DNA of 64,000 nt. It comes from Marsupella aquatica. Taxonomy: Eukaryota > Plantae > Marchantiophyta. The translations under genes and the position numbers were made by a program. Below are positions 61,301 to 64,000 of this stretch, one piece after another. The notes under the pieces are model-generated. The model worked only from the letters and a program-made list of their open reading frames with translations. It did not search any database and was not told the origin of the DNA. How positions within the stretch are numbered: the first letter of the stretch is position 1; every line of letters begins with the position of its first letter. The DNA lies in NCBI GenBank assembly GCA_973895155.1, contig OZ316899.1:12306834-12370833 (forward strand), in the 5' to 3' direction.

Positions 61301-62910
61301 ACAAGGCACGATTGGTTGCAAAGGGATACACACAAATTTGGGGAAAGGACTATGACCTCACCTATGCCCCGGTTATGGACGCCATCACATACAGGTACCT
61401 GATTGCTTTCTCACTGATTCATAAACTTAAGCTGCACCTGATGGACGTCGTCACAGCATATCTCTATGGAGTTTTAGACACAGAGATCTATATGCAGGCC
61501 CCGCCTGAACTCATTAACAGAGTTAAATTCCATATTCAGGGGGAGAAACTTCTCCCATTATCCCCAGATCTAAAGTCTGGCGTAGACCAGATTGTACCTA
61601 CAGAAATGCAGACGAACTTGATCAACCACAGATCAACCCCCACTGTTTTCGAGAAACAGACAGAGCTTGATGCTATACCATCTTGTCCCACCAAGGTTAA
61701 GATACCTGTGAACAAGACTGTCAGCAAAGAGAAATCCAAGAACAAGATTGCTGTACAGGTCCTCCGCTCTCTTTATGGCCTTAAACAGAGCGGGAGGATT
61801 TGGTATCAAAGATTTAAGGCAGAAATGCTCGCTCTTGGGTTCGTGAATCACGATATAGCTCCATGCTTATTTATCAAGCATATGGGAGATGAGTTCATTA
61901 TTATCGCGATCTACGTCGACGACATAAGTATTTTTGGTACACCTGAACTCACTGCCACCATGATAGCAACTCTAAAAGCAGCATTCGAAATGAAAGACAT
62001 AGGCACACCAAATTACTGCCTTGGTATACAGATCGAGACATTACCGGAAGGCATCTTTATCCACCAGTCTACTTACACACGCAAGGTATTAGCGCAGTTC
62101 AATATGGACAAGTCATATCCGGTTACTACACCGATGGACCTTCGATCATTAGACCCTACAAAGGATATATTTCATAAGAGAACAGACTCAGAGCTACTTC
62201 TCGGCCCAGAAAAACCTTACCTCTCCGCCATTGGAGCATTGATGTACCTTGCGAACCAGACCAGACCCGACATAGCGTTCGCAGTGAACTTACTTGCAAG
62301 ACATAGCTCCCAACCCACAATCCGCCACTGGAACGGCATCAAGCGAGTCCTCAGGTACCTGCAAGGCACAATAGATATGGGACTATACTATGCTAATACG
62401 ATTCCTAACAAACTCGTGGGCTATGCCGATGCAGGTTATCTATCCGACCCTGACGATTCTAAATCCCAGACGGGATATGTGTTCCTTCAAGGCGGGACTG
62501 CAGTATCGTGGAAAAGCACCAAGCAGACACTCACCACTACCTCATCGAACCATGCTGAAGTGATCGCACTTTACGAAGCGTGTAGAGAATGTGTTTGGCT
62601 TCGACAACTAGTCAACCACATCCATACCTCTGCCGGAAGACCTAACCTGACAGCTCCAACAACGATCTTTGAAGACAACCGACCCTGCGTCAATCAAATC
62701 ACCAAGGGCTTCATAAAAGGAGACAGAATTAAACATATAGCACCGAAATTTTTCTACACCGCAGAACAACACGGGGATCACATCAACATAGTCTGGATCC
62801 CTTCCAAAGAAAACAGAGCTGACCTTTTCACGAAACCATTACCTAGAATCCTGCACAATGAACACTGCGAGGGCATCGGCATGCGTCGACTCTCAATCCT
62901 GAAACCTTGA
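58348..62910 (+). CDS. gag-pol: Copia Gag-Pol polyprotein (1520 aa)
   Basis: Bianca-type Gag start (FPVLKIDGSNFLSW..ILRHHLD); knuckle CFRCGGPGHIKRDC; protease LDSGTSH; integrase WHRRLGHP, DNAGEF; KMGPQR; RT SLYGLKQSG, YVDD; RNase H YADA, EDN, ADLFTKPL. Confidence 0.98.
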   Translation: MEKLQFPVLKIDGSNFLSWSQNAEIVLNAKGLGDIIIADHHGNLQTKAQAIFILRHHLDQDLQAQYLDEYNPRALWDALKRRYDHLRLISLPAARNDWIHLRVLDHPTIASYNSALFRITSQLKVCGQQILEADQIEKTLSTFPAANMTLAQQYRQMHFTEYSDLIAVMLLAEKNDLLLMQNSKTRPPGTIPKLEIQYNSTKAADTFKGKGRFQGHHAKQYPRYTKTRFQRGRYNKPPMTQSPRRKTSWQRDPQKPPIQCFRCGGPGHIKRDCRAQPHLVKLYQASLPTAQTMTVANYLEIDADLSKYVNSEPPPEIHLATDEKLAPSLSDDNICILDSGTSHTILRDKRYFQKISPSNRLVTTITGTNNLEEGHGPARILLPNKTLINIHSAIYAPNATRNLLSFQDVHENGYQIRSTSGPNNNSLQILTETGEDPIIHESLPYHPPGLYATPIHTYKVEAETPTITELWHRRLGHPGTSMYHRILKDTRGIPHTVKPTSMKEICPACAQGKLQIRPSASKTVHRIPAFLEQLNIDVCGPIDPPSGPFRFFLVMICSSTKWSQVSLISTRNLVLARLLTQILRLRAQFPNSPIRTIRIDNAGEFTSPAFDDICTTLGIIVQYSVAYVHFQNGTAESFIKSIQMISRPMLMQTKLPITAWGHAILHGAELLKFRPSAFNSYSPYHMAYGTIPDVSHLKTFGCLVMVPILGPKRTKMGPQRQNGIYVGFDSPSIIRYLEPTTADIFRARYNDCQFREEIFPTLSTTDIQDILKPTQLKWQTTDQFWNDPRTKLANDEVKRILHLHQMMEKLPDAFNDAANATKSHIEAANTPARISINERPATAAAPKAKRGRPPGSKDRTLRNKRPTTTLLSTIPEPCADNEEISLNYAHTGNVWIRQDTAINENFSFLISETISSDPTEPHTVSEARKRDDWPLWEKAINSEIDSLISRQVFGKLCPAPPDMNLTGYRITLVRKRNAKGEVIRHKARLVAKGYTQIWGKDYDLTYAPVMDAITYRYLIAFSLIHKLKLHLMDVVTAYLYGVLDTEIYMQAPPELINRVKFHIQGEKLLPLSPDLKSGVDQIVPTEMQTNLINHRSTPTVFEKQTELDAIPSCPTKVKIPVNKTVSKEKSKNKIAVQVLRSLYGLKQSGRIWYQRFKAEMLALGFVNHDIAPCLFIKHMGDEFIIIAIYVDDISIFGTPELTATMIATLKAAFEMKDIGTPNYCLGIQIETLPEGIFIHQSTYTRKVLAQFNMDKSYPVTTPMDLRSLDPTKDIFHKRTDSELLLGPEKPYLSAIGALMYLANQTRPDIAFAVNLLARHSSQPTIRHWNGIKRVLRYLQGTIDMGLYYANTIPNKLVGYADAGYLSDPDDSKSQTGYVFLQGGTAVSWKSTKQTLTTTSSNHAEVIALYEACRECVWLRQLVNHIHTSAGRPNLTAPTTIFEDNRPCVNQITKGFIKGDRIKHIAPKFFYTAEQHGDHINIVWIPSKENRADLFTKPLPRILHNEHCEGIGMRRLSILKP

Positions 62911-63232
62911 CTACAGTACCCACAATAAGTCGACTCACCAACCAACATGACCTAAACCATAATACACCACAAGCAGGAAAGCACAAAGCCTGAAACACAT
63001 ATTTTTCAATACTCGAGAACTTCCATTACCTCTATTTACAAAATAGAGAACACATACATTATAAATTTTTCTGGCCCATCATTGTGGGTGGTAACACTCT
63101 TTTTATCCCTAGAAGAAAGCAGAGGGTTTTTAATGAGGTTACACCTGATGGCAAATCAGATTAGAAATACCACATTTGGATAACTATTTATTACCCATTA
63201 GATTGCACCAAATGATACATTATTAGCAATCT

Positions 63233-63240
63233 AGGGGGAG
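63233..63240 (+). promoter_or_regulatory. Copia polypurine tract
   Basis: AGGGGGAG abutting the 3' LTR. Confidence 0.93.
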
Positions 63241-63432
63241 TGTTGTAATACAAATATTATCCCAAACACAGTGGATAGGGAGACCTGAAAGGGTACGAAT
63301 TAGTAGAAGGGAGATGAATAGGATCATAACTACCCTAACTAACATTGTATATATATGACCATGAATTGGTCATACTTTAATTGGAGTTGTTGATGGATTG
63401 ATTGAGATCTTGATAGAATTAATGTCACAACA
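63241..63432 (+). repeat. Copia 3' LTR
   Basis: Direct repeat of 58000-58191. Confidence 0.98.
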
Positions 63433-64000
63433 CATATGATATATGTAATGACCCTATTTGTGGTCATTGGTACTTATGACACAACTTTGTGCAAAAATGA
63501 CCCAATGAAGGTCCTAGTACCTCCCGAGAGAGCCCACTCTAGGTTCGTTGCAAAAATAGAATATTCCTATACCTTTAACCAGCACACACACCATAGAGGG
63601 AAGCGCCACTACCACGCCCATTCCATTGGCGTTGCACTACCTCTTGGAGGAACAAACAAATTGCTCCATTTGCCTTTGGAACATAACATATTCATCCATG
63701 ATGGTGCTTTTGGAAAATCACTCCAATGTTATATGACTTGGGAGTGATTTCCCCAAGGTTGCATCATCCCTTTAGTAATTGCGAAAACATGGCTCCAAAG
63801 TGCTCATGGTGCAACTAGTGGTTGGAGAATAGTAAGTATAGTGTCCTGCACCTATTGGAAAGGTTGCCAGCTCCATGTAGGGCCCCATGGCAGTCTAGGG
63901 CCCACTTCCAGCCCTTATCCCCAAACTGGTCATTTAGGTTGGTCCATAATGACACCATGAGGGACCTCTGTAATGACCAGCTATGCAGTTATTTGGTCCA

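Larger units (their letters stand above)
58000..63432 (+). mobile_element. Intact Ty1/copia LTR retrotransposon, Bianca-like
   Basis: 192-bp LTRs (58000-58191 and 63241-63432; 2 mismatches seen), TSD CATAT (57995-57999 and 63433-63437), PBS, PPT and a single intact ORF. Confidence 0.98.
56700..64000. repeat. AATGACC-motif-rich region with a diverged tandem unit of about 580 bp (probable CACTA subterminal region), interrupted by copia
   Basis: AATGACC(C)/GGTCATT recur more than 10 times; 57460-57999 aligns with 63475-64000. Confidence 0.65.

Overview
This is eukaryotic, almost certainly land-plant, heterochromatic DNA made almost entirely of nested transposable elements; a bryophyte/liverwort source is only my impression. 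No intact host gene is evident. Most junctions can be read to the base from TG...CA termini and target-site duplications (TSDs). The dominant components are two families of about 4-4.7 kb TG...CA units with 5-bp TSDs (here 'A' and 'B'). They look like solo LTRs, yet each carries its own TATA box and an 850-1150 codon ORF (conserved globular domain, basic NLS-like motifs, coiled coil) with no gag/pol, and they nest in each other. Other LTR and non-LTR retroelements: an RT-less Ty3/gypsy element (3799-8670), a 1.8 kb solo LTR (9135-10925), a 5'-truncated L1-clade LINE (17763-22914), Athila-like pol fragments, and a third element ('E') with a partly duplicated extra ORF ending in an unrecognised domain of about 600 aa. 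The right end holds a CACTA TnpD remnant with an adjacent EDM2-like triple-PHD ORF, and a young intact Bianca-like Ty1/copia element (58000-63432). All alignments and domain calls are by eye and from memory; no searches were run.
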